From Octopus vulgaris (lineage: Eukaryota): a stretch of 64,000 nucleotides of DNA. The stretch covers positions 123,008,001 through 123,072,000 of the forward strand of contig OX597820.1 of assembly GCA_951406725.2 (NCBI GenBank). Reading direction: 5' to 3'. This document shows, piece by piece, positions 1 through 12,549 of this stretch. Made by a program: the position numbers and the translations under genes. The notes under the pieces were generated by a model. The model searched no databases. It was not told where the DNA came from and saw only the letters and a list, made by a program, of their open reading frames with translations. The stretch's first letter is position 1; each line of letters begins with the position of its first letter.

Positions 1-896
1 AAGTTCAAGAAGAGTTCATCCAACACTGTATTGTCTACCTCATTACTTTAGTTTGAGCAAACTGAGGAAGAACTCCGTATTGTTCTTGTGGTTTTGGTAT
101 CATTCGGAGATGTAAGAACGGACCGTGTCTAAATCACCGTCCACAATGTTTGATTGTTAAATATTCTCGTATGGCTTTCTCAGGTACCTGAATACACCTG
201 CACACATTGCTTAGGACTTTTTTCATTTACTTCTTTGTTCTCACACTGAAAACTCACATAAAATGCGAGGGATTTTTCGTGATTTCTTTACGCCTAACCT
301 GTTCATATTGCAATGCAAATGTTACAACGACGTTGAGGTCAATATACTTCCCAAGCTTAAAACTGTCACTTTGTAGTACTATGGTCCCTGCATTTTGGTA
401 TGAGTTTATGCACAGGTGCATGATGATCTCTCTGTTGCTTCACCTTGGTAAATATTTCAATGTCAATTTGTCTGGTCAATAGATGGAAAAACCAATCCTT
501 TCATCGGTGAACACATTCTTCAGTTGTTCACATATGAAAGCGTTGTCGCCTATACATCATAAAATAGAAAAATGTCACTTGTAACCCTACTGATGCTTTT
601 ATCTGATTGATTTCATCTGAAAGTTTTCTATGTCCAGGAATCAGAGAGAAGCGTTGTTGATTTGGAGAGCAGCGCTCAGCAAAGTGTTTTGGAACTACCA
701 GTTATTCTCGGCAAAACTTGAGGGGCGTGCTCAAGTTTTAGTGTTGTTTTTCTCACTACGAAATACGCTACAATAATTTTTTCTCAGAAAATTAATTTTC
801 GTTTCTCCGCTTATCTTTTTGTTTTTTTTACTGTCGTCAGGTTCAATTTATTTTCTTTTTACTATTTCTCATTTCTCAAATAAATGCTTATAGGTA

Positions 897-1300
897 GGCG
901 CAGGAGTGGCTGTGTGGTAAGTAGCTTGCTTACCAACCACATGGTTCAGGGTTCAGTCCCTCTGCGTGACACCTTGGGCAAGTGTCTTCTACTGTAGCCT
1001 CGGGCCGACCAAAGCCTTGTGAGTGGATTTGGTTGACGGAAACTGGAAGAAGCCACTCGTATGTATGTATATATATATATATATGCGTGTGTGTGTTTGT
1101 GTGTCATTGTTTGTCCCCCCAACATCGCTTGACAACCGATGCTGGTGTGTTTACGTCCCCGTAACTTAGCGGTTCGGCAAAAGAGACAGATAGAATAAGT
1201 ACTAGGCTTACAAAGAATAAGTCCTTGGGAGTCGATTTGCTCGACTAAAGGCGGTGCTCCAGCACGGCCACAGTCAAATGACTGAAACAAGTAAAATAGT
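897..1300 (+). mobile_element. tRNA-derived SINE, family A (full length)
   Basis: Head GGCGCAGGAGTGGCTGTGTGGTAAG (A box) and GGTTCAGTCC (B-box-like), CORE-like ACCTTGGGCAAGT, internal (TA)/(TG) tract, tail TGACTGAAACAAGTAAAA; at least 7 near-identical copies in the window. Confidence 0.9.
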
Positions 1301-1713
1301 ATGCATTTTATCCCATATGCCTAACCGGGAACATATTCGCATATGCTGGTGCTCCAACTGCTGTGTGGGGCATCATTTCTTACTATCCTAATACAGAAAG
1401 CTATTTTGAAATATGGCAAACGAAATAAATTGAAAGGATTATTGTCAGAAATATTTTGGATGTATTCTTTTAAAGCAAAGAGGAAACAACAATTCAAAAA
1501 CAGATCCTAGTATTTTGGGGGGTTTTTTCGTCTAACAAATCGTGTGAAAATCCGTAATAAATAAATATTAAAAAAATCCTCCAATCACTGGAAGACAGGA
1601 GCGGTGCGTCGCACGTCTAGACTTAACAAGACACAATAAAAACAATGCCGGCCATGACAACGACGATGACAGCAACAACAACAACAACAACAACAACAGC
1701 AATAATAATAATA

Positions 1714-1771
<58 letters not shown>

Positions 1772-2413
1772 TAATAACGTAATGATAGACAGGCAGTTAA
1801 AAAGAAAGGAACTGCAAGCTTACCATGTATTATTTATATAAGATGTGTGAGACCATCGAGGCGAATGATTACTGGGCAGCTGCAAGACTTGAGTTTTTCT
1901 GTTTGACATATCACTTGAAAGGAAAACATTCCATGAAAGTTTTCAGTTTGAGAGAACAACTTAACCGTAAATGTCTACAGATCTGAGACTTACCACATAG
2001 ATTTTATAGACACTTCTGTGTCATCTACACCCACTTTCTCTCTGCTTTACAAATATACAAATATGAATATGAGGAAACGCTTGCCTGTGTTCGTTCTCTC
2101 TGACATACATTTAAAAAAAAAAAAAGCAGTTCATTTCAGAGATTTAAGCAGGTCGCTTGACTCGTTGGGAGTCAGTTCCATACAGCTACAAACTAGCATA
2201 ACATAGACCTGAAACACACAAATATATAGAAAAGCACAACGAATTAGACACAAAAATACAATCAGAATTAATTATAAACCATAGAAAACCACTCACACGT
2301 ACTGATAGGCTTATATACAACATTGACCCAATCTGAAAACTTTGCACAACACTGCTCAGAATCAGAGATGGATGTAGATGCATGCAGCCTACTCAGTTAA
2401 CACAGTGACTTGT

Positions 2414-2504
<91 letters not shown>

Positions 2505-2507
<3 letters not shown>

Positions 2508-2690
2508 ACCTTCGAAACGTTGAGTAGATGAAACAAAGGCGACTGAAGAAGGCGAATGTTCCTTGTATTGTATGTCCTGTACTCTATATTTTCGTTGCTT
2601 CAGAAAAATGTCCATTTCCTTGGTCTTGTGTTTATGTTTTCGTTTCTCATTGTGTTCGACGTTTTTTTTTGTGTCCTGTACCCATATATG
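2505..2690 (+). repeat. Short interspersed repeat (PLE-terminal-like), homologous to 52447-52750 (-)
   Basis: Shares CCTTCGAAAC...CTGA(A/T)GAAGG..AAT.TTCCTTGTAT...TGTACTCT with the reverse complement of 52447-52620; flanked by (TA)n. Confidence 0.6.
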
Positions 2691-2773
2691 CATGTATATA
2701 TACATGTAGAGGTAGGTACGTACATATATGTATGTATATATGCATATGTTTTTTTTATTTATTAATTTTTTAC

Positions 2774-2811
<38 letters not shown>

Positions 2812-2842
2812 CAAAAGATAGAGAGAGAGAGAGAACAAAGTT

Positions 2843-2879
<37 letters not shown>

Positions 2880-3423
2880 GAGAGAGAGAGAAATGCATAT
2901 CCAGAGAAGCAACTGCTGTTATGTAGTTGATGGTTTGATTCGTAAATATGCGTTTACGGATTTTGATCGAAGAGTACTCTCCTGCACATGTTTTGACCAA
3001 TAGCTTGTGAATGTTGCGCTCCTGAAAAGAACTCGGCAAATCTTGATCCAATTTTTACACATAAAATTGAGTGTTGATAAAGCGAGTTAAAGATTTTGGT
3101 ATAGGGATCAATGACACTATGGGTCTGTCTATTCAGCCAAGGAGACTGGCAGTGTACGCTATCAAACGCCTTTTTGAAGACAACATAATTTATCACTAAT
3201 GGGCTTCCATACACCAGTGATTGTTCAAAGATGTTCCCTGGTGTGAATATGTGTACATTGCATGATCTTCATTTTCGGAAACCTGACTGGCCGCTTCCAA
3301 GTTTGTGGTCCAATTTCTTCTGCAATCTTTTCAGAAACAATCAGCTCATGATATTTCGAGCCATAATTAAAAGAGTTATACTTAACCAATTTCACAAGTT
3401 CACTTTCTTGGAGATTTTGATTA

Positions 3424-3726
3424 TGTTTGTTCTTTCTCGAGCCATGCCTCGCTCATAAGGGCCGGTTTCCCGGTTTCCTTGGCTTATAGGTTCCCCACCT
3501 GGACGGACGCAAGTCCGTCGCAGGTGAGCTGCATGATGCAGGAGGAAAGAGTGAGAGAAAGTTGTGGCGAAAGAGTCTGCAAAAGTTCACCATTACATTC
3601 TGCCGGAACTTCATGAAGCTTAGGCGTTTTCACTCATAAACACACACATCGCCCGGTATGAGATTCGAACCCGCGATCCCTCGACCGCGAATCCGCTGCT
3701 CTAACCACTAGACCATGTGCCGACAA
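3424..3726 (-). mobile_element. tRNA-derived SINE, family B
   Basis: Reverse complement of the copies at 17066 and 29771; flanking direct repeat AGATTTTGATTA (3412-3423 / 3727-3738) is a TSD. Confidence 0.9.
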
Positions 3727-3812
3727 AGATTTTGATTATCATTCCTCTTGACTATTTGGTATGTGTCTTCCGTTTATTACAGATTATCATTCCGATTTTT
3801 GTCAGCTTTTCT

Positions 3813-4190
3813 ATACTCTTTACTCTTTTACTTGTTTCAGTCATGTGACTGTGGCCATGCTGGAGCACCGCCTTTAGTCGATCAAATCAACCCCAGGACC
3901 TATTCTTTGTGAGCCTAGTACTTATTTTATCGGTCTCTTTTTTGACGTAAACACACCAGCATCAGTTGTCAAGCGATGTTGGAGGGACAAACACAGACAC
4001 ACAAACACGCACATGCATATATATATACGACGGGCTTCTTTCAGTTTCCGTCTACCAAATCCACTCACAAAGCTTTGGTTGGCCTGAGGCTATAGTAGAA
4101 GACACTTACCCAAGATGTTGCGCAGTGGGACTGAACCCGGAACCATGTGGTTGGTAAGCAAGCTACTTACCACACAGCCACTCCTACGCC
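3813..4190 (-). mobile_element. SINE family A
   Basis: Reverse complement of 897-1300, with (AAAAGAGT)n tail. Confidence 0.9.
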
Positions 4191-4984
4191 TATGCTAACA
4201 TGTCCATCATGTTTTAGAAGATTAGTAGGTATGGAATCTAATCCAGGGGATTTCTTATTCTTCTGAGCCTTGAGTGCATCGATCATCTCTTCCCTTGTTA
4301 TATCGCTGAGGAGTACCTCTGAATCATTGGTGCCATTTTCTATTCCATCACGAAGCTTTAAAGTTGATGTCCGGCTTGGATTGTTTTGCACTTCACTGAA
4401 TGTTGTGATTGCAATTTCCCCTGTCATAAGCAGTCGACCAATTTTTTCTTTCGGTGGTACTCTTTTACAATTACTGTTAGTGATTTGTCAGGCCCTGCAC
4501 AATTCTGAAGAGGGTTCTGTAATCATTTCGTTTTGATGCAGCTTTAGCCACATTGCATTTGTCAAGTTTCAGCCGAGATCCATTCTTCTTTGCAAGAACC
4601 TCATTTTTGCCAGATTTTACGTTTGCAGTCTCACCTTTTGTTTTTAACTCCTTTTTTTTATTTTTTCATCGACTTCATCCTTTAAATATGCAAATCGCGT
4701 CTTTAGTTCGATGATGTATTTTACAGCTATCTCTTGTAGGTTTTGCAGCTATCACCTGAACGTTTTGCAAATTCGAAAGACCTTTTGGTTGTTTTTCTTT
4801 TTTATTTGTTTGTTTTTTTTTTCTTCTTTCTTTTTTTTTTTTTTTTTTTTTTTTGGCTAATTAGTAGTCGGAACTGCAATCTGAGCCGCGACAGTTTCGC
4901 ACGTTGTTGACAGAATCTCCCACCTTCTGTTATCTCAACAACCTATGCGGCTGACAAATGTGGGAGTGTGTATACACACATTTA

Positions 4985-5360
4985 TACATACATTTATAGG
5001 AGTAAATGTAACGACAGGCTATTTAGGCAGATCGATGTGCAAAAAATATTTCATACATTTAATGCAAAAAACGTACATATGTACACATATAAAAAAATTG
5101 GACTTACATACAAAGGAAATAATATAAGGAATTGTGGAAATTAAGTAGGAGTTTTACGAGTCCAACAACTGTTTCTAGAGGTTTCGTGGTCCAAAATAAT
5201 GCTTGTAACTTGATTCCATCATCGGATATCATCAGCCTCCGTCTTCAGGAAATAATTTTACATTTGAGGTGTTAATAGAATGGAGATTAAAGATGGAATG
5301 ATTTTGTAGAGAACTAAGTGTATTAGAAAGTGGAGTTGGGGCTGTTTACATAGAGAGTAG
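4985..5360 (-). mobile_element. PLE-like terminal repeat containing an HHR-like motif (5161-5251)
   Basis: Homologous to 47700-47990 (+) (CCTGAAGACGGAG..TCCGATGATGGAATCAA..TTGGACTCG). Minus strand reads CUGAAGA-CGGAGG...CCUCUA-GAAAC-AGUU-GUU-GGA. Confidence 0.6.
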
Positions 5361-5370
5361 TGAGAGGAGA

Positions 5371-5449
<79 letters not shown>

Positions 5450-5477
5450 AAAAAAAGCAACAAGACTAGATTAGTTG

Positions 5478-5566
5478 TTCAGTACAATTGTTTCATACGA
5501 AGAACAGCTTTATTAAAAGCTGCAAATATTGCAGCAAATACAAGTGTCCCGTATTCATCAGCCAAA
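5478..5566 (-). ncRNA. Type I hammerhead ribozyme motif, intact core
   Basis: Minus strand: UUUGG-CUGAUGA-AUACG...CGUAU-GAAAC-AAUU-GUA^CUGAA. Stem I is 5 bp (two G-U pairs), the stem II base AUACG/CGUAU pairs perfectly, stem III is the palindrome ACAAUUGU. Confidence 0.8.
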
Positions 5567-5626
5567 ACACATATGAGTTTTCCAAACATCCTAGGGGGTG
5601 AGGCTATCCTCATGAAGTATCGAAAA

Positions 5627-5662
<36 letters not shown>

Positions 5663-6059
5663 TTAGGGTTAATAATGAGGCTAGCGATAGTAGTAGAAGT
5701 TGAACGTGGGAGGAAGGGAGAAGAGTGGTTAAGGTAGTATGTGAAAAATGATCTTTGTGTTTGTATGAAGGCTATAGAGTTAAAGGTTGAGATAGACAGG
5801 GATGACTATCATTTGAGGGAAATGAGGGGTTCAGTAGCTGGAGGGTGGGAAGGTGGTCAAAGGTAGTTGTTGGGGGACAAAGGAATTGGGTTGGTATTGG
5901 AGGGTGGGGTGGGGGTTTTATGGTCAATAGAGGAGCATGGAATTGAATAGAGGGGTGAGAGTAGGGTGATTGATTCGGTGAGTTACTGAGAGATGCTAGA
6001 AGAGCTATATCTCTAATCCCTGGAGAGAAGGTGAGAAAGATATGCAGCTCCCAACTTTG

Positions 6060-6265
6060 GAATTAAAGCTATACTAATCACCGAATTGAACGGAAATTGT
6101 ATAATAGCAAAGATTCCGTTTTCTCCATTTCGAATAAGGTCCTAGTACTGCAACAGCTTAGGTTTCAGGGGACCGCGACTATTCAATATCCTGCCAAGCA
6201 ACCTCAGAGACTTGTGAGATGTAGGTGTGGAGATATTCTTAAAGCATATGGATAAATTTCAATCC
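6060..6265 (+). mobile_element. CR1/L2-group LINE 3' fragment
   Basis: Translates as YCNSLGFRGPRLFNILPSNLRDL*DVGVEIFLKHMDKF, the typical ORF2 C-terminus. Confidence 0.7.
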
Positions 6266-7225
6266 GAAATCCAGATAAACACACATTGCAGCAAGAGACA
6301 TTTTCTACAAAGTTGTGTCTGATACGACAGAAGTGGATATAAAGGTTGACAAAACCGAATTCATTCTGCGAATTCCCTGTTTCCTCATGTCTTTTGGTAC
6401 CATAGAGCACAACGAGACAAGAGTCTCTATGCAAGGCGCATTTCTGGGCAAGGATTTTGTTTTAAAGATTAATTTAAGTTACTCATTAAGGAAAGCCTTT
6501 CCTTTCCATAATACCATTGATGCTCAACATAAATGCAAATATTTATAATGCATGGCGGCAGCGTAATTCGACAAAAACTGGCAGAAGCGTTGCCATCAGA
6601 ACGCAAAGAGCTAGGAAAAAAAGTTATTTCACAGAACGCTATACGAATTTCCCCAGTCCATCACCTTGTGCCTTGAAAGGATGGAATACGATGCTGACGT
6701 CGATAAAAGACAGAGTGGAAGGAACCTAGAACTAATATGTTATATCGATTCTTTTATTTCATTCCCACAAAGTTTCCATAAGCAAATACAAGCGCCACAA
6801 TCAATTTCGTATGAGTTAGCGATAATGCAATATCATCAAAGAGAGAGAAGCATTCAGTTAATGATAGTTATACTTTTATTAATTCTACTCGTTTATTATT
6901 CTACTAGTTTCAGTCTTTGGATTGTGATCACATTTTACATTACAATTCATTCTTGCGTCCTACTACTATTTTACAAACTAGTGGGTACCATTTCGATCCC
7001 GGCAAGAATAGAAGGTAAAGATGCACCTATGTATAATATTAGCCCAAAACATAAAAGAAGCGAACCAAATATAAGGTGTTTTCTTTGACAGTCTACCGAT
7101 TCAATAATGTACATTATATAAAATATACAACATAATTTAACAGTCCTGGAATCCGAATAAAACAGCAATGTTTACTTCATGTAAAAACTAACTCCAACGA
7201 CATTCACATAGATATAGATATATAG

Positions 7226-7453
7226 TTCTTTACTGTCCACAAGGGGCTAAACATAGAGGGAACAAACAAGGACAGAAGACAGGCTTAAGTCGATTACATC
7301 GACTCCAGTGCGAAACTGGTACTTTATTTATCGACCACGAAAGGATGAAAGGCAAAGTCGACCTCAGCGGAATTTGAACTCAGAACGTAACGACAGACGA
7401 AATACGGCTACGCATTTCGTCCGGCGTGCTAACGTTTCTGCCAGCTCGCCGCC
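7226..7453 (-). mobile_element. SINE family C (Nin/Deu-domain-like core)
   Basis: Minus strand GGCGGCGAGCTGGCAGAAACGTTAG...GAGTTCAAATTCC...GCCTTTCATCCTTTCG.GGTCGATAA..AAGTACCAG; several copies in the window. Confidence 0.85.
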
Positions 7454-7566
7454 TTTCACATAGATATACATACATATACATGTATATATATATATATATA
7501 TACATACATTTACATTTACATATATATATATATATAAATAAATATATATATATATATAAATATATA

Positions 7567-7636
<70 letters not shown>

Positions 7637-9343
7637 GCTGTTCACTCCTTTTGTATATATAAAACATGGCCGTTATGATACCGAAGTTGCTGCTGCTGCT
7701 GCTGTTGTTGCTGCTGACGCCACCAGTAGTGTTGATGGTGTTGCTACTGATGTTGGTGTTAATTGTTCTGAAAATGTTAGTGGGGAGAGGTGGGGAGAGG
7801 TGTTGTTAGTGCGTTGTGAAAGTAAAGCTGTTGCGATTTTAATATTAATGATGGCGCCGGTGATGGTTGAATGTGTGGTACAGTTAGTAGTGATGTATTG
7901 ATGCCGAGTGCTGTGGCTGTGTTAGAGAAGAAGAGAGAATTTTGGTGTTTCTGTTCATTTTAGTGGTATTAGTTGTATTGGTTAGCGGGTGGCGATAGCT
8001 GTGATGACAACAATGATGACGATGGTGGAGTTTTTGCTGAGGATACGGGTAGGGTTAGGGTTAGTGTTGTTGTTGTGTATAATGGTAATGGTATAATAAT
8101 ATTAATGATGATAACGGGGGGGGGGGTTGCTGCTGCAGCTGCTAAAGGTTATAGTAGTGGTAGTCGTGGTGAAGTTAGTTTAAGTGACTGCTTTGGGGGT
8201 AGCGGTGCATTTGTAGTTGGTAGCGGCTGTAGTGGTGATGATGGTATTCTAGTTGTTATTGTTGTTGATGGTTGCAGCGGTAGTAGAGATATTAGCAGCA
8301 AGAGCAGATGAGGGGTGATGGTGTGTGGTGAGCAGAGAGTAGCATGTGCTTTAGTTAGGATGGTCAAACAGACCCGACCGCAGTGATGTTGGACTAGGCA
8401 GTGGTGGTTAGCACACAGGTTAAGTGTTCCCTTGTCCATGCAAGAATGGTTTTCATGAAAAGGAATCAATAAACTCTGAACGAACTGCTGCAACATCAAT
8501 CGGAAAAACCACCCAAGCTGAAACCGAGTGAGTGCTTTTAATCCGGCGCCAACGGCAACGGCAGCTCTGAACTGGTGTAGTTCTGTTTTGATTTGTTAAT
8601 CAGTGCATGACTAAATCTTAATAAAATTGCGGAGGACACGCGCACGCGCACAGACATATCATACACATATATATATACATAGACACACGTACACGCAAGC
8701 ATACATATTCAGAATCACACATACGCACACACACACACACACACATGCATGCGCACACATAAAACAGCGTACATATACTCATATACAACACTCTCACGTA
8801 CACTTCTATAAAAACCCTTACATACACACTTTTACAAAGCCGAACATAAAAACACTCACAGATCAGCAAATTTAAATGCAGTCAGGTCGAGGTATTTCTA
8901 TTTACTCATAGACACACATACACACAAACACACTCGCCAATCACACAGCCATACACACACAATGAAACAGTGATGAAAGCAAAGATAGTCACACAGTTGC
9001 ATTTTTCTTTCACGCGAACAAAATCACGAGTATTTGTGGCAACGTTTCCAACGTATATCTGCAGCCCTCTTACATTCTGACGCAGACACACGTACATATA
9101 TATATACATATATATATATACGCACCAACACACATCTACAAGCATGCATATCTTATGTACACAATGAGAAATATCTTACATATGGCTTATTGCACCGCTT
9201 TTCTCATTTACTTCAAATCTTAATTTCCTTAATTCTCATTCTTTTCACACACACATATACATACAAACAAACACACACATACACACACATATACATACAA
9301 ACAAACACACACATACGCACGCACACAGATATGCACACAGACA

Positions 9344-9374
<31 letters not shown>

Positions 9375-9599
9375 CATACTTTGTTTTTTTATCTTTGGCT
9401 TGTTTCAGTCTCTGGATTGCAGCCTGGCATAGGCCGCACCTTAAATGAGTTAGTTGAGCTAGTCATATGTATTTCTAAGTCTGGAACCTATTCTATCGGA
9501 CTCTTTTAGCAAACCAATATGTTACAGGGACGTAAAGAAATTAACACAAAATTCTCTAAGCGGAATATAGATATAATTTAAGCGACTAAAATAACTGTT

Positions 9600-11700
9600 A
9601 TAGAAGTTGAAGGGAGCTAATATGCAAGAAACAAATAACAGACCTAACAAGTTTTACATAACTATGGGTTCTAGTGACTCGGCGCGAACTTATCTGGAAT
9701 TTATATGTTACACCATATCAATAAAGGATTCCCAGGGATACAGGATGGTCTCTATAAAGCCGACACTTTATTCACATTTTATAAATGTAGTAAGTTAGCA
9801 AGAGAAATAAAATAGGAAGAAACTTACTACATTTTTCAAAACCTTAGGACTATCTCATTGGAGAAAGACTATAGTAATGTAAAGTTACCGGGTTACATTA
9901 GCCCTTAGTACTGGATTTTATCATCCGTACCGTAAGCCTAATGACAACTTCTAGCACGACAATAGAAAATCTAATCATCCGAGATCCGTAGTTAATTCGT
10001 TAATTATGGTTAAGTCCCTTAGAGTATCTAGTCTCCCAACTTACAAAATAATTTTCTGACAGAAAAAAAGAATACTGTAATGATGATTTGTCTAGGAGTG
10101 TATACAATGAAAAAATCCAATGTATTCCCCAAGGAGGGTAATGGAAAGACACCTATAGTCAGTAAAATATGGGCACCATCGGCCATCTTGATAATAGTTA
10201 GCTACGCCACGGGGTATGGTAATAGGGTAGCTAATATAAAGAATATTAGGTGAAGTAAGATAAATGCAGTCAACATATCAAAGGATATTAACTATCTCAG
10301 AAGAAAAGGGATTGTCTAAATAACTGTGTGATTTCATGTGAAAGGTTCGAAATTAATCCAGTTATTCCAGAGATTGGACAAGCTTCAGGCTCTGGAAGTA
10401 AGAATAAATAGAGAAGAAAGTATTCTGGCGTTGGGTATGGAAGCAACACTACATGCAATACTTATTTTACTGCCCACAAGGGGCTAAACATAGAGAGGAC
10501 AAACAAGGACAAAAGGATTAAGTCGATTACATCGACCCCAGTGCGTAACTGGGTACTTATTTAATCGATAAAGTCGACCTTGGATGAATTTGAACTCAGA
10601 ACGTAGTGGCAGACGAAATACCTATTTCTTTTACTACCCACAAGGGGCTAAACACAGAGGGGACAAACAAGGACAGACATAGGTATTAAGTCGATTACAT
10701 CGACCCCAGTGCGCAACTGGTACTTAATTTATCGACCCCGAAAGGATGAAAGGCAAAGTCGACCTCGGCGGAATTTGAACTCACAACGTAACGCAGACGA
10801 AATACCGCTAAGCATTTCGCCCGGCGTGCTAACGTTTCTGCCAGCTCGCCGCCTCTTGCAATATTACAGGCAAAGATATACGGACAAGTAGTTATACTAT
10901 GTTAATAAACTTATGGAAAGCAAGGTACACATTAGCAAGATTACCTGGCATAATGCCCCATGCAGAGTCTGTGTAGCCACATATATTCCAGGTAAATTCT
11001 TAATAGTATTAGATGAATATTTTCACTATCAAGAATATATTGTAGGGTATTCAATAAGGATACAGTAAAATTTTCATTAAAAAAACTATTTTGAGATTAT
11101 AAAGCAATCTAGGATGGCCTTTATGAATCGTGCATCTAATCAGGAGAGAGTATTAACATATTTTGTTTTATTCGGTCGAGATAGAAAGGGGGATAATTTC
11201 TCAATGTTTCAAATAGAGAATAACATTCATACAATAAAAAGACGCTTTTATAACGATATACTTAATGAATTGCTTAATAATAGGAACTGTAACTGTTGCC
11301 CCATAAATAACCAATGTCTAAAGAAAAACACAATATGTAAATGTTCTGTAATAAATCATGGACATGTATATCGTTTCATAGGCACTTTCGCAACAAAATT
11401 TAAACCTAAATACATAATCACACTACTTTATTAAATATAAAAGAAAGGAAAAGCTCATTACGCAAATTCATGTGGTGTCTTAAGGGAAATAACGTTCACT
11501 ACACTATCGCCTGGTCTGTCATAGATGGCACTTTTCCGTATAATGGTGACTGTTCTCGGAGCAATGTATGCCTGGGGAAAGTGTTTCAACTACTCGATTG
11601 TAACTTCAACTTAATAAATCCAATATATATTTAATTATCTGTCCACATTTATATAGTAAAACATTCGTAGCATTTCTAAACAAAAAATTTGTAAATAGTA
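9600..11700 (+). mobile_element. Decayed Penelope-like element (RT end and GIY-YIG endonuclease)
   Basis: Peptides HPYRKPND...SNHPRSV, then CNCCPINNQCLKKNTICKCSV...RFIGTFATKFKPKY and KFMWCLKGNNVHYTIAWSVID...PYNG, characteristic of the PLE RT thumb, linker and GIY-YIG domain. Confidence 0.75.
10464..10853 (-). mobile_element. SINE family C, full copy plus tandem partial copy
   Basis: 10621-10853 is complete; 10464-10620 repeats its 3' portion with deletions. Confidence 0.85.
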
Positions 11701-12079
11701 AAGAAAAAGCTAACCATATTTTCTACATGTATGATCTGAAGCTTTTTAGTTAGAGTAAAAAAAAAAAAACAGATATATTCTTCAATACAAACTATAATAC
11801 TCTTCAGCAAAAATTTAGGTATGGAATTTGGAAAGGATAAGCACACGATGTTAGTCATAAGAAAGAGACAAACAGTAGTGAAGGTATCAAATTACCAGAT
11901 GGCCAGACATTAGAATTACTGAAAGAAGAATAGAGTTATAAGTATCAAGAAGTGTTAGAATCTAACACAGTATTAACTATAACAAAATGAAAAAGAAAAT
12001 TGAGAATACATCAGAATGGTGAGGAAATTAAGGAAGTCAAAGCAAAATGGTCCAAATCTAGTGAAAGCAGTAAATACAA

Positions 12080-12302
12080 GTTGTCAAGCGGTGGGGGAGG
12101 GGGGAGATCAAACGCTGATACAAATACACTTAGACACACACACACATAGATATATATGCATACATACATATATATATATACGACGGGTTTCTTTCAGTTT
12201 CTGGCTACCAAATCCACTCACAAGGCTTTGATCTGCTAAAAGCTATAGCAGAATGCACTTCTTCAGAAGCAAAGTTTCTTACTACAAAGCCACGCCTGCG
12301 CC
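12080..12302 (-). mobile_element. SINE family A, 5' part, internally deleted
   Basis: CGACGGGTTTCTTTCAGTTTC...CCACTCACAAGGCTTTG...GCCACGCCTGCGCC matches family A. Confidence 0.75.
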
Positions 12303-12496
12303 TATGTATGAAAGAATAGAAGAAAAGACATGACAACCTAGGAAAGTAATCCGTTGGGAGTTATGTAGAATGCTAGGATTTGAACACACTGGTAAATGGT
12401 AGGAACATGGAGCTCGTAAGTTGTTTGAAAGCAAGAAATATTAGACTTTCTGTGACTTTAACATTCAGACAAAGTGTTAGAAGTAGAAGGCCTAAT

Positions 12497-12517
12497 TTAG
12501 TAGTAGTAGTAGTAGTT

Positions 12518-12549
<32 letters not shown>

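Larger units (their letters stand above)
2930..4700 (-). mobile_element. Degenerate RTE-clade LINE (RT region), split by two SINE insertions
   Basis: Minus-strand peptides DITREEMIDALKAQKNKKSPGLDSIPTNLLK and PLVINYVVFKKAFDSVH...KIFNSLY match RT domains 0-3 of RTE LINEs; stops and frameshifts present. Confidence 0.8.

Noticed and set aside
1-880. Coding-like sequence (ORF 207-482 and minus-strand fragments)
   Set aside because: Frames are broken by stops and I recognise no motif; probably an old transposon relic, but I cannot assign it.
7635-8400. V/G/A-rich and T/P-rich ORFs
   Set aside because: Decayed (GGT/GTT/GCT)n sequence; the open frames follow from composition.
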